Part shown: piece by piece, positions 1-15,485 of the stretch | Layout of the letters: every line of letters starts with the position of its first letter | How positions within the stretch are numbered: the first letter of the stretch is position 1 | Assembly: GCA_964016885.1 (NCBI GenBank) | Contig: OZ024741.1 | Location: 93,310,001-93,374,000, forward strand | Direction: 5' to 3' | Length of the DNA stretch: 64,000 nt | Source: Eledone cirrhosa | Lineage: Eukaryota | Made by a program: the position numbers and the translations under genes | The notes under the pieces: model-generated | What the model was told of the DNA's origin: nothing | The model's input: only the letters and a program-made list of their open reading frames with translations | Database searches by the model: none

Positions 1-360
1 TATATTTCTCGGTGTTTAAGCCTATGTTGAAATTGCAGCTTTATACTAATTTAAACCGGTGCATAATCTTCATTGACCTTAATCTTATTGAACACTCACA
101 TTCATATCTTAACTGTACCTCATTAAATTGGCTTGACAAAGCATAATTAAATTAGCACGTAGTAACTAGATGTAGTGGAATAAATAAATATTTGGTAATA
201 TGGGCTTTAATTTAGATTAATCCAAATAACACCGGAATTACTTCCCTTTGTTCACAAACATAAACATTTAACTTTGTAACACCGAGATAAGAATTTCGAT
301 GTTAAAATCATACTCATACCCATTCAGGGTTCTTTGTTAAATCCTTTATTTCCTTGTATG
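1..360 (+). pseudogene. Highly degraded Penelope-like RT fragment
   Basis: Frameshifted motif remnants ITSL/FTNI (~237-266) and IQGSLLNPLFPCM (~322-360) resemble PLE RT motifs; many stops. Confidence 0.35.
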
Positions 361-1610
361 CCTCTGAAGAAGCTGTCAAGTTTCTTCTGCTTCGCGTAGG
401 GGGTCCAAGCTTTACTGCTGTAGAGCAGAGTGCTGAGCACACAGGCCTGGTAGATGCGCAGCTTGGTCTTCTCTGTGAGGCAGGGATTGTTCCAGACTCT
501 CTGACTCAGGTTGACCATAACTGCTGCAACCTTGGTGATCCTGCTGTTCACCTCTGTATCTAGTTGTGAGCGAGCCTGAGATGGTGGACCCGAGGTAGGT
601 AAACTTGTCGACAGCCTCCAGGGCGTGCCCGTCAATGGTGATGGTTGGAGGGTGATCTGTGCCCTGTGCCATGACATTTGTCTTCTTTAGACTGATGGTC
701 AGTCCGAACTCCTTGCAGGCGTGGGAGAGGCGACTGACAAGCAGCTGTAAGCCCTCTTCCAAGTGCAACGTCAGGGATACATCATCAGCAAAGAACATCT
801 CACGAATAAGAACCTAGGTCACCTTGGTCTTGGCATAGAGACGGGCAATGTTGAAGAGCCTGTCATTAGCTCTGGTGTGGATGTACACACCCTCACTGCA
901 GTCCTTGAAGGCGTACTGGAGGAGCATCGAGAAGAAGATGCTGAAAAGTGTCGCCGCAAGGACACAACCCTGCTTCACGCCACTGCTAACAGGGAAGGCC
1001 TCGAATATAGTGCCGTTGAGGCAAACTGTGCTGCGCATGTTCTCGTAGAACAAGATGACACAGCAAGCAGGTGTGGGGGTCAGCCAATCTTCTGAAGAAG
1101 CCTTGAAGAGTTCGCTCCTGCTGACCAGGTCAAACACCTTCGCCAAGTCGATGAAGGCGAGGTAGAGAGGCATCTGTTGCTCCTGACATTTTCTCTTGAA
1201 GTTGGCACAGTGAGAACACCATATCCACCATTGATCGTTCAGCACAAAAGCTGCTCTGAGACTCAGGGTAGGCGAGGGTCTGCAGACGAGCCAGGACAAC
1301 TCGGGCAAATACCTTTCCCATGATGCTAAGAAGGGAGATCCCTTGATAGCTGTTGCAGTCATTTCTATCTCCCTTGTTCCTGTACAAGGTGATGATGATA
1401 GCGTCATGCATGTCCTGGGGTATGTGTCCCCTCCCAACATCGACAGAGGAGTGCATGCAGGGGCTGGAGCAGCGCAGCTTTCCCGCACTTCAGAACTTCC
1501 GCAGGTATGCCGTCGCTCCCTGGGGTCTTCCCATTGGTGAGGCAGTCAATGGCTTTACCAAGCTCCTCTCATGTGGACTGCATGTCGAGCTTGTAGTGAT
1601 CTACATTCCG
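361..1610 (-). mobile_element. RTE-clade LINE RT fragment (frameshifted)
   Basis: ORFs 1130-1456, 814-1488, 412-798, 324-677: KGDRNDCNSYQGISLLS, AFIDLAKVFDLV, GVKQGCVLA, FADD, FTYLGS, KLRIYQACVLSTLLY. Confidence 0.9.
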
Positions 1611-1967
1611 CGGGCTCACATACATTCTCTGTGCGTGATTTGGCTCAGCTCAGCCAATCAGCGCCAGTAGAAGAGGATGTATCCCTACGCGTTCTGAGGG
1701 AGAAATAGCCCGCAAAGATTTGAAGACGCTATCACTTCCAGCTAGGCCGTGCTAAGGTAAACACCACTTGTTCTTTTGCTCCGCCAGCACAAACAATATG
1801 TAACGACACAACAATTTTACCACAGAATTGGCTAAACGCCTCAGCCAGTCGACCGTATTTTCTCTTGTAATCTTAATTGATTTGTTTCATTTCTCTTGGC
1901 ATGCCAGCCTAATTCACTTCTTAACCTTGGTTAATAAAGAATGTAAAAACAAGCTAAAGTCGTCAAT

Positions 1968-3443
1968 ATTCCTATCATATCTTTCTACCAAACCTGGTTC
2001 CTCGTGGCAACATTACTACAACTTCTAAATACATCTTCAGCCAAATTGGAGACCCTCGACGATTAAGTATGAAAACGCAGCCTATTTGAATTCGCCATTC
2101 GTTTTAATGGCTATGTGGAGTGGCTTAACATTTGGACTGTTCGAATCGGGTAGCTAGACTCACTTAGCGTAAGTCCACAAAATTCATAATATTCCATTTG
2201 TTGAAGCACGCGGCCTGCACAATATTTCTGTCGTAACTCACGCATACAGACGAACACAAAAATACAACACAAAAAAAAATTAATTTAAAAAAAAAGGATT
2301 TCTCTGGATGTGGAATTTTGCTTTCGGCGTTCTGTTGAAATTACAAATGGAGACTCGGAAATTTTGTTTACCCGCGTACAGCTTGTCTTCTTCAATCCCA
2401 GCCATCTGATTGGCTGCATCGTGCCACATGACGGCTTCTTCATCACGGACACATTTTTCGATCGGCCATCATGGAAAATAATTTTTTTTCTTTAGAATAT
2501 TTTCAAATTTTCTTTATAATATTTTTGGAAAAAAAATTAACAGTATTTCAAAAACTTTACGCCACGAGGAAATTTCAAAACGGCTACCACCAAGTACCAC
2601 CCATCAGCTAACTATTAACCAACACCAGGGAACGGCTTGTAACTTTACCGACGCAACCACCATACCTTCTGTCTCGTTACCACAAGGACTCGAGAAATTA
2701 AGACATTAGTTTTCTCACCATTATGGCGTCAGACGTGGCTGCCATGTTGGTGACGCTAGGTTTTTCAATGCTCGACTTCGACTCTACAGAAGATTCATTG
2801 TGACTTTGCTTTAACAACAACTCTACTAGCTCCCTAGTAAGAGCGTTCCCAAAGAAAAAAGAAGCAAACTTTTTGTTAAAAGAAAAGAAACAATTCTTTC
2901 TTCCTTTTTTTTTCAGGCATTTATTTTGGACATTTATTTTTTTTAAACTGTATTATATGAAAATTCATTTCTCTCTATCATTGTATATTGACCGCACGCA
3001 CACATTTTCTTTGCTGTATTACATGGAACTGCAACCCACCTACAGATTTAACTTGTTTTTTTTTCTTTTCAAAGCAACCAGCCATTTTTTCCTGGCTCCC
3101 TAGCACATTCGGCAATACATCTGGGAGGCCAACATTTTCTCGCCTACCCATCATCTTCTTGCCAGCACTGGTAAACTACCATAATAGCTTCGTCCACAGC
3201 TACTGGTACAATACTTACCATTAACATTTAATGCAAGAACAGCAACTTCGCCCATGTCAGACTTTATCTGTTTTCTGGTAGACCTTTGGTGGTCACGTAT
3301 AAACTGCAAAACAGCTAGTCATTTGACAGCGACTCAACACAGTCGTCAAAAAAGTCGTTGTCGATATTCCTATCATATCTTTCTACCAAACCTGGTTCCT
3401 CGTGGCAACATTACTACAACTTCTAAATACATCTTCAGCCAAA
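1968..3443. repeat. ~77-bp exact direct repeat (1968-2044 and 3367-3443)
   Basis: TTCCTATCATATCTTTCTACCAAACC...ACATCTTCAGCCAAA occurs twice, about 1.4 kb apart. Confidence 0.85.
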
Positions 3444-3629
3444 AGCTCTTCCACCACCGGCAGGTCGGGGATGGCAACAAGGGCGGAGTCGGTGATGGTG
3501 CTCTGTGTTGCGTATAACCATCTTTTGTTGGTGGTTGTGTGTTTGTGTTGGTGATTGGTGGTTTTGCGGTGTCTCTTTTTTTGTTTTTTTGATTTCTGAG
3601 GCTCTCCTTCATTGTGTGTCAGCGGGTAG

Positions 3630-4082
3630 CACACACATCTAGGATCACATACAACACATAAGCAGGTAATACACACATCTAGGACCACATACTACACACA
3701 AAATCAGATAATACACACATCTAGGACCACATACAACACATAGGCAGGTAATACACACATCTAGGACCACATACAACACATAAGCAGGTAATACATACAT
3801 CTAGAACCACAAACAACACATAATCAGGTAATACAAACATCTAGGACCACATACAACACATAATCAGGTAATACATACATACATCTAGGACCACATACAA
3901 CACATAAGGAGGTAATACACATAAGCAGGTAATACATACAGCTGGGACCACATGCAATACATAAGCAGGTAGTACATACATCTAGAACTACATACAACAC
4001 ACAGGCAGGTAATACATACATCTAGGACCACATACAACACACAGGCAGGTAATACATACATCTAGGACCACATACAACACAC
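3630..4082. repeat. Minisatellite, ~40-bp unit, ~11 copies
   Basis: Unit ACACATCTAGGACCACATACAACACATAAGCAGGTAATAC repeated with variants. Confidence 0.95.
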
Positions 4083-4085
4083 ATT

Positions 4086-5346
4086 GTATCATGTACTACG
4101 GACGACGCAAGAGCAATAGTCGGCCAACATAAGGGTTTCGTCACTCTTCTGAAGAGAGAAAATCTATCTGTTCGTAGTGTCATTCATTGACAACACTTGG
4201 CTGCGGAGAAACTCAGCGAGCCGCTGAGCAAGTCCTTGCAGGTGGCCATTGATGTCATCAATTTTATCAAACACCATTCCCTCAATGAACAAATTTTTCG
4301 TCAAGTTCCCCCTTCATACTGAAGTGAGGTGGCTTTCAAAGGGCAAGTGCCTTACTTCTTTGAACTGTTCGACTCTATCATTGGTTTCTTCGAGGACGCA
4401 ACACAGAACTGTACAAGAAAACCCTCGATGTGAGGCAAGACTGCGCTTACATGGCCAACATCTTTTGGCTTTGCAGGGGAAGATCACCTTGCTTAAAGCA
4501 AGGAGTGCTGTGAAAACATTCCTGGCCAAATTGAATGTCATCGAAAGGAATCTTTGTTGACGGGAATTCTATAATTTTGCTAGTGTCGCCAATGTTCAAA
4601 ACATTGTAAACAATGACCGACTCCAAATTTATACCGCTCACCTCTGTGCGCTACAAGACAACATGACAGAACAGTTTGTTGACCTTTTGCCGATGGACAT
4701 CCCAATGTGGATAGCAGATCCCTTCATAGCTACCCTCGACGATTTGGACGTTAAATTTCAGGAAGAATTCATTGAACTTCAAACAGATGACATGATCAAA
4801 ATTAGATTTCCCAAAATAGATGAACCCCTGTTTTGGATGCAAGAGGAAATTCAGCATCGATTTCCACTCCTCCATGCAGAGGCTAAGAAATTTGCTCTGC
4901 CTTTTCCAAGCTCATGCTTAGTCGAGATGAGGTTTGGTGCTGTTTCCAGACTGCACAGTAAGTATCACAACCGCTACAATGTAATTACACGAGATCTCTG
5001 GCTACATCTTACGAAAATTCAGCCTCACGTCAAAGAGTTAGCTAGGCTCCATGAAGCTCAAAGGTTCCATTGAAATGAGGTCAAAGTTAAAGTAATTTGA
5101 TTTATCCGAAAACTTGGATATGCTATTGTTACAAAGCAAGCTAACAATTTTTTTATTTGTAGTTGCGGTCTGACTGGACTGGAAACCATCTACTTCAATT
5201 CACTTACTCATTTGTTGTATATATTTTACCATTTACTAATAAATATACCCTCTTACGTGGTCATGAAAACCCTCTTCCATGGCGGGCGTTTCGTGATTTC
5301 AAGAAACAAAAGGGGGCGTTTGGCATAAATGGGTTGAGAACCTGTG
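4086..5346 (+). mobile_element. hAT (Buster/Charlie, ZBED8-like) 3' portion with right TIR
   Basis: [11 protein letters not shown] (4249-4560), C-terminal dimerisation region LPFPSSCLVEMRFGAV (4663-5073); ends GTTGAGAACCTGTG, a degenerate CAGTGGTTCTCAAC-type TIR. Confidence 0.85.
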
Positions 5347-5454
5347 ATCTACACAATGGTATATTATTTAACAGAAAACTTTTGTTTTTTGTATGTAAAA
5401 AAGACTAAAACTTACCAGCGAGACTGGCACACGTTTTCCTTTATATATACTTAT

Positions 5455-5484
5455 ATAAAGTGACATCCTGTCTTAAAGGGTTAA
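5455..5484. mobile_element. Orphan piggyBac-like terminus
   Basis: ...CCTGTCTTAAAGGG followed by TTAA; no partner end seen. Confidence 0.4.
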
Positions 5485-5609
5485 AAAAAGAATGGGTGCG
5501 CATGTATTGGCGGTTAACCCTATGTAGGCCCTACCAGACGTGGGTGTGTCGACCTTACATTTATAGACAATATTACTGGATAGGCATTTCCCGGGTAGAA
5601 GGCAGTCTT

Positions 5610-5765
5610 TCCGTTTGGAGTCGTTGAGTAAGGTATTTTAGCAGTGTTTCTATTAAATATTTTATTATATTTTATTATATTTATGTGCTGAGAGGAAATA
5701 CTTCTTAATTAAAGAGAGAAAGATTTTTGCTGTTGGTTTGGCCACCTGCATATTATATGGTGGGT
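5610..5765 (-). pseudogene. Naiad-type PLE fragment (3' half of host split by the Vingi-like LINE)
   Basis: Reverse strand reads NPPYNMQVAKPTAKIFLSLIKKYF..HKYNKI..FNRNTAKIPYSTTPN, continuing RRIMWYNPPY from 11431-11510. Confidence 0.8.
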
Positions 5766-6811
5766 CTTCTTCTTTTCATATCTTCGAAGCATGTGGTTAT
5801 ATGACAGTTTCCCATTTCTTTACACAATCCTTTGCATTATTATTACATTCTGCAAGATCTTTTAAGCTGCACTGGTTGGGTAGTAGAGGGCAAACAAGGC
5901 TGTGCTGCATTGTATGGTCCTCCTCTCCGCATTCGCAGATGGTTGGGCCGGTCTTCTGATTGCCCCATTCCTGTTCTCAGGCGGTTGAGTGTCTTCCACT
6001 GGACCCATGGTGCTTCTGAGCCAGGAGAGAGGGCTTCAGAAGGGGGGATTCCTATGTCAATAGAAGGGGAGTCATTCTCTAGCTTTCTAGTCCATAGCTG
6101 TAGTCTGGTTGCTTCCTGAGATGTTGTTAGGGGCTGGACATGGCTGAGGAAGCTTCTCCTTGACTTTAGTCGTTGGGCCGGAGGTTCACGTCCGTGAAGG
6201 AGGTGGCGTTCGTCACTGATAGCCTTAGTGATCTCTACTCGGCTGGCAGCTTCCCGTCTCACATCTGCAGGGGCAATGCCACCGACGAGATGCAGGTTGT
6301 TTGGGTTAGTAGGCTTCAGGCAACCAGTGATCAAACGGCAGGTGTTGTTCAACACTGGGTCTAGTTTACTGGCATGGGTTGATCTCTCCCAAACCGGACA
6401 CGCGTACTCCACAGAGGAATAGCACAGGACCAAGGCAGTACATCTTAGTGTGTGTGCTGTGGCTCCCCATTTGGAGTTGGTTAGTTTCCGTAGGATGTTG
6501 TTCCGGGAGCTGACTTTCAATTTGGTGTTTTTGATGTGTTCCTTGAATGAGAGGGTGTGGTCCAGGGTTACGCCAAGGTAGACAGGATTGGTGCAGTTCT
6601 CAAGTGGTGTTCCTGACCATGTGATGTTAAGAGGTCAGTTGGCTTCCTGGTTCCTGAGATGGAACGAGCAGGCTTGAGTCTTCGCAGGGTTTCCCTGCAG
6701 TTGGTTGCTCTCGTAGTAGAGGAGTAGCTCATCCAGGGCTGAGTTGAGGTTTGCTTCTACTGCTTCGAACGTACTCTCTTGGGATGTAACACAGAGGTCG
6801 TCAGCGTAGAT

Positions 6812-9379
<2,568 letters not shown>

Positions 9380-11359
9380 GCTTAGATGAACCGCTCAGTG
9401 TTCTGGTCCATTGGCTGGTCATTGGTGTAGATGTTATATAGTAGTGGAGCCATCACACTACCTTGAGGTAAGCCGTTCCTTTGTCGTCGCCAACGACTTT
9501 GCTTGTTGTTCAGGGTAACATAGAAGCGCCTGTCTTTCAAGAGGGCTCCAATGAGGTCTGTGAATGCCAGGTCTTTTATCAGCTCCAAGATCTTTTTCAG
9601 GAGGAGGCGATGGTTCACAGTGTCATATGCGGCCGACAGATCAACAAAGACGGCTCCTGTTACCAGTCCTTTCTGAAACCCATCTTCAATGTGCTGAGTG
9701 AGATTCAGGAGTTGGCTTGTGGATTTGCCAGATCAGAATCCAGCTTGTTGGGGGATGATGGCTGGTTCAACAACTGGGGCCAACCTGCTGAGGATCAGGC
9801 GCTCAAGCAGCTTAAACGGGTGGCATAGCAAGGAGATTGGGTGGAAACTCTTTGCATGCGCTGGATCTTTACTCGGTTTGAGAAGAGCAATAATTCTGGT
9901 TTTTCTCCAGATCTTTGGGATGTTTCTTGTCAGCATGCAGATGTTCATCAGCTCAAGGACCCATTTCCGAGTCTGAGGTCCAAAGTGTTTGATCTCCTCT
10001 GTGAAAATATTATCTAGGCCGATAGCTTTACCAGTCTTAAGGGCATTGATGCTGATATTGAGCTCTTCAAGCGAGAACGGCTTAGTCAGTCCGGTGGTTT
10101 GGGAGTACTGAAGTCGGTCTACCTTTGGTCTTGGCTGTTTGGTGGTGGATTTCCTATTGAGCAACAGCTGATATGCAACTTGGTTGGCGGTGATGGTGTA
10201 CTGCTGTTGTGTTGCAGTTGACGGGTCGTTGCTGATTTTCCGGATTAGACTCCATGCCTTTTTACTGTTTTTCGTCATATCAGTTGTCTCCAACAGGTTT
10301 TGCCATTTCCATTGGCGGCATTCTGATAGGGAGGTCATGAGTCCCTCACCTACTTCGATGGTACTTTCAGCAAAGGGGTCAGATTCATAGAGCTGTTGGT
10401 ATTGCTCATATAGTTTGCTGCTTTGAGCATCAAGTCCAGGAATGTATTGAGTGCGGCAGCTTCTTGGAATGTTCTTCCGAGCTGCTTGGTGTACAAACTT
10501 GGTGAAGTTATCGTAGTTTTGGGGGTCCACTGGGAGGTGGGGAATCTTCCTTTCAAGATCTTCTTGGAAGCCAGTTGAATCTTCTTCGGAATGGAACTGT
10601 GGCTGGGGTGATTACAGCATTGACTGTAATGCCTATGGGGCGGTGTTGGGTTTTTGGCAGTGGCGCCAGTACCAGCTTCTTGCTCAGTCCGGTGATGTTA
10701 TGACTGACAAACACGATATCAGGATTGTAACCTGCTTTCCATCGTCTGCTGTTGAAGGACTTTGGTTGTTTGGCATCGTGGATCAAATCAAGCTGGTTGC
10801 TTTCAGCCCATGCTTCCACTGCATCTCCATCTGCATTGTTATTAGCATATCCCCATTGTGTGCTGTGGCTGTTGAAGTCTCCGATCACAATCTTTGGTTT
10901 TCCAGATGATGGTATTTCTGGCATCACGAGAGGTGTGAGAGGTGGTTTGTAGACTGAGGTGCTGGTAATTCCTCAGCTCAGCGGTTAGGACTTCGATGTT
11001 ATTATCATCGTTCTTTGGTGATGATTCGATGATTGTCCCATTTTTTGCTAGCATGATGCTTCCATATTTCTCATGTGGTCTTTCCATGAGGGTGGTCATT
11101 CCTTCCACATGAGGGCGTGGATGTTTAGGTCCACGGTGGGTTTCTTGTAGGCAGAGAATGTCACACTGATGCTCTCTGAAGAGTTTTGCAACAAGTTCTT
11201 CTTTAGTTGCAGATAGTCTTTCAATATTTAGAGATATGATGGTCAATGCTGGCCTTAGAGGCGGGCGTTGGCCTCTCTTCATGCTCCGGACTGGTAGGCT
11301 ACCGTCATTCGTTGAGCTTCTGGACATTGCTTGTCTTTCGGCTCGGCTTTGAAGTGTTT

Positions 11360-11430
11360 GGTAGAATTTGAAAGTAAACGTGGGTATTACTTGACAGAGA
11401 TCGCGACGTGAACGCTTCTACCTTCATCCC
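11360..11430 (-). ncRNA. HDV/CPEB3-like self-cleaving ribozyme at the LINE 5' end
   Basis: GGGATG-AA-GGTAGAA(P2)-GCG(P3)-TTCACGT(L3)-CGC-GATCTCT(P1')-GTC-AAGTAA..TTACTT(P4)-TCAAA-TTCTACC(P2'). Confidence 0.82.
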
Positions 11431-11509
11431 ATATGGTGGGTTATACCACATAATACGTCGGGATCTATTTTTCCTAGATTTATGCTCATACTTAGTATAT
11501 TCTACCTCA

Positions 11510-12410
11510 TTAACAAATTCATTATTGAACCCTTCAATGCTGTTGTTTTTTTGTTGGTACGTGGCATGCACCGCTCCACTCTTGAATGAACATTCCACAT
11601 AGGAATTGGGAATAACGGTGTTGACTTTCTCCCATTGTTACCCTTTCCTCTCATAACACCAATGTACGTTAATTCAAAATAGGACAGAAACTCTTCAGGA
11701 ATGTCTTCATCTTTGGATAGCTCTTCAAAGCCTGTAACAACATCATTACACGGGAGGAAAGCCTAGGCTGAAAAACATTGTATCTTTAAACTAAATCTGC
11801 CTTCATTGTGGTATCGATTTTTGAAACTAAGGTTCACAATCTTTCTATAGAGGGCCTGACAAAAGTGGAAAAAACAACCAGTGTGTTCAGTTTGAGGAAA
11901 AACACTCTTTAGTCCATTTATCGAAGCCTTTTGAAAATCGCTCATTATCTTGATTATGTTGAACAGGTTTTCTTAGGTTGTTTCAATTTTGTTAGGAAGA
12001 AATGCAAAAAGACGTGGAAAACTAGGTTTTTTAACCTGTACATGAATTGTAAAAAGCTGATAATACACATCAGGTGACACTTTGAACGTTCCATCCATAG
12101 CCCAGTTTCTATATTTTCTTAAATCTTGAATACCATCATTCATACTAAATAACAATATTCGATTTTCATCATCAGGTCCAGAATCATACTGGAGGAGTCT
12201 TTCTCCAGAATCAAGATTTTGAAATTCGGGTGGAATTATGAATCCTGTCCTTTCAGAGGGAATTAGTGGGGTGCATGATGTTTACTTTTTCCAGTGTCGA
12301 ACATTTCTACTTATAGGTTTGATTCTTGGACCGGGCGATGCGTTATGTCCTTGAGCAACATTGTTTCCTCGGTCGGATTTGACGAAAGTCGATCAACAAT
12401 TTTTTTTTTT
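11510..12410 (-). mobile_element. MULE transposase, catalytic region (degraded)
   Basis: WAMDGTFKVSPDVYYQLFTIH, LPNK, MSDFQKASING, GCFFHFCQALYRKI, WNVH..PRT..NSIEGFN. Confidence 0.9.
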
Positions 12411-12519
12411 ATAGTTAAAATCTGGAAGATAATATTAGAGAAAAGCAATGAAGAATGACATGCTGAATGAAAACAAAAGCAATATATACAAACACACACA
12501 GACCACAACTAAATATTGA

Positions 12520-14070
12520 ATGATACGCGATAGGGCCCCGGCGGTCAGAATGGAGAAGGTATTTCCTCGGAGGACAGCAAGGGAGATGCGCTGGAAAAGC
12601 CACTCCACCTCGCGGGGCTCACACCTACGGCTGGCCAGCTCAGCGCCTATGGTGGTGAGTAGGGAGCTAGCTCTAAGGCTAAGGACACCAGAAGTCTCCA
12701 CTGCCAGGGGTACAACCACAAACCTGTCGGAGAGCGACCGGTATTTGAGGAGTTTAGCTCCCTCAGCCCGACATGCAGCAGAACCCGGGTTAATCGCAGA
12801 CTGCACCAGGTTGCAACTGCAGAAAGTGTCGGTGCAAGTGGCATCCCAGACAAGGGGTTTACCACCGCAGAACGGGAAGATGGTCATGCCATCTGGCCTT
12901 TTACCGTGCCCTCGGTCCAGCCCCATCGGCTCGAGTTGGGAAGGGAAGCCTGCAGCGTCCAAGCCATGCTTTCTGACCTCGTTGAGGGCAGCATGGCATG
13001 GAAGGCGACGGGAAAGCGGGTGGAGGCTGAAATGGTCCACGATGGATTCGCAGATCCGGAGGCCGAGCCTCAAGGAAACGCCAATGCGCAGGTTATTATT
13101 GTCTATTATTGTCTAGCGTGCCAGTGGGGAAGGAGGGCGGGGCATGGAGCCAGGCACCACTGTGTGGTTTGGAGGCCGCAAGAAAACAGGCAAGGTGGTG
13201 CTGGTCGAGATGGCACGTGAGCCTGTCTGAGGCGGCTGCACTGGATGGCATCCCAAGTGCTCTGAGGGGACTTGACGTCAACAGGGGGAGAAGGAGGAGG
13301 GACGTCTACTGGGCTGAGTCCCATCCGGTCCCACGTCTCACAGGCGGCCTCACGTTCTCTGGACACAGGGTTCTATTGTGTTTTGGAGAACCCTGCTAAC
13401 GAGGACGCGGCACGAGGTTACCGATGAAAGATACGCCGGCAAAGCTAGTGAGGTCATGGACCGGAGGCCAAGGCCGCCATACCTGACAGGTAAAGTGGCC
13501 TGTTGCCATCCAATGTTGTCAAACTTGACGTTGCATATCTCCTCATGCTCTTCGGCATGGCGAAGCAGTTCCTCAACAGAAAGAGGGCTGGGTGGCCGTC
13601 GATCAAGCACGCTTGGAATGGGCACTTGCCCAAAGGACGAAACATTAGTCTACAAAGGCTGCTGTTGACCAGCGGCCCCGGTCAGCGCCAGAGCTGGGGA
13701 GGCCAAAGGGCAAGTGGGGCGAAATAAAAGAGTCGCTCCCAGTAGATGGCTCGATTGGAGTCCAGGGCACTCTCAATCGAGGAGGCGAGGGCATCAGCTA
13801 CCAGCACCCGGGTCGCTCTAGGGATCCTGAGTGGGATCTTCTGGAGCCGCCTGAGCCGAGCGATGTTGACCAGCCAGGCTTGGACGTCAGGCAAGCTCAC
13901 TGTCTTATCTGGTGGTGGGGCAGACAAGGGGAAGAGGCAGTTCCTGCATCTCCACGCTTCCGTCTGTTAGGGTGCTGCAGGTGTCGGCTTGAGGGATGGG
14001 GCACCGCGCGGCATCGGGGATGAGTGGCTGGCGTGTGTGGGCGGAAGGGAAAGTGCTGGTAAGAAGGCTT
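12520..14070 (-). mobile_element. CRE-like (restriction-like endonuclease) non-LTR retrotransposon, internally deleted
   Basis: QQATLPVRYGGLGLR, SGAWLHAPP, HAALNE..EPMGL..KRPDGMT..VWDATC..VPLAVETSG..QRISLAVLRGN; the N-terminal RIPRATR region joins directly to the thumb region. Confidence 0.85.
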
Positions 14071-14789
14071 CATAGCTCACCTACATCAGATATAGAGGTG
14101 TCAGAAGACAAGGGAGATGGACACCCAAGAAAGTAGAGTGTTAGCAAATAAATGAGTGAATGGATGAATATACAAAAGAAAAAAACCCAAAAGGCTGGGG
14201 GAGAGAAAATAGGGGGTTCAACTGTTGACTTACGAAAGAGTGCGTATAATTGAAGCCGTGTGTTACTTTTCAGCATAGAGCTACTGCCCTTTAACCCCAC
14301 GGAGAGCCAACAAAACAAGGCACCAGCATGCACTGGTACAATCTCTGCCCCGTGCCAAGAACAGAATAATTACTATTATTATAGTTGTGGTTTTCTTGAG
14401 GTCTGGTTGGTGGTGGCAGTTGAAGTTGTTGTTGTTGTTCCTCTTGATGTTCATTTCATTCTGATGCTGCTGCTGAAAATTTAAGGCTGTGGGTTTGTGT
14501 AATATTTCGCAGGAGTAAATCCACAGTAAGATGAAAAATTGTGAGTTTGTGTAAATTAAATGGTACGACGGTTCAGTTATATTCAAATATTGTAAGCGCA
14601 TCCATTGAGAATATCGAGATGTATGCGAAAATGTAAACAAATATTTATATCCCAGATAGAAATGTTAATTTCCACTTCTATAACTCTTTGGAGGAGGGCA
14701 TCCCGTCCTAGGAAAGAGCTCCGTGAGATCGGTATTACACGCTGTGTCTCTCAGCAATGCCCTCAAAATCTTGTCCATGGAATTGTGTT

Positions 14790-15470
14790 GCACATTTCTT
14801 CGCTCTGAATGTACTCATTCATCTAAAGATGATAAACAACTTGCAACCAAAGAACGAGTAGGTTGACTCGAAGTCAAAACTTCTTCCTTCATATCTTGAA
14901 AGGCTACTTTAGCATCCACCTTACTCTTGGTGAAATTTTAAAATTTTGTAATCATGATCTTTTGATTTGGTGTGTAGTCTTGCTAGATACGATTTTTGTT
15001 TTCTTACAGCATATTCCCAATAGATTTTTGTTCCTTCCTTATTTAGCCCATTTTGATGATACATATTTTGAAGTCCATCAACAAGAATATCCTTACCACA
15101 TTTACTTGTTATAAAAGAAGCCATTATGGGTACAAGAATAATAAAAAAAAAACAGTATATCTCTTTCGTACCAATTCATGCCTTGAACTAATTTCTTTAA
15201 GTAAGTCATGTAAATTTGAGTTCAAATGAAAAAGAGAAATTGTAGTTAGGGTTTGAACAAGCAATTATGAAAAATAATGGATAGAGAAATTGTAGTTTTA
15301 GTTAGAACAAGCAGTTATAAAAAGAGAAATGGATAACCTTATGTTACTAATATTCTCGTCAGTTAGATTACACTTCAAATAATAAAAAAAATAAGCACTT
15401 ATAAAAAGAGAAATGGTAGTTTTGGTCCAAATGAGCAATAATTATAAAAAGAGGAATTCATTTTTAAAAC
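14790..15470 (-). mobile_element. MULE 5' part: FLYWCH-like N-terminus plus subterminal repeats
   Basis: MASFITSKCGKDILV..YHQN..KIYWE..ARLHT (14921-15124); repeated AAAAGAGAAAT(T/G)GTAGTT motifs at 15230-15460. Probably the same element as 11510-12410. Confidence 0.7.
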
Positions 15471-15485
15471 TGGAATTATCTTCAT

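Noticed and set aside
3630-4082. CRISPR-like array
   Set aside because: Head-to-tail units with no unique spacers, no cas genes, and a eukaryotic context. The same applies to 19868-20020 and 46130-46550.
12520-13116. Plus-strand 198-aa ORF and similar antisense ORFs (23044-23640, 40049-40549)
   Set aside because: Shadow frames of minus-strand TE coding sequence with no motifs of their own.
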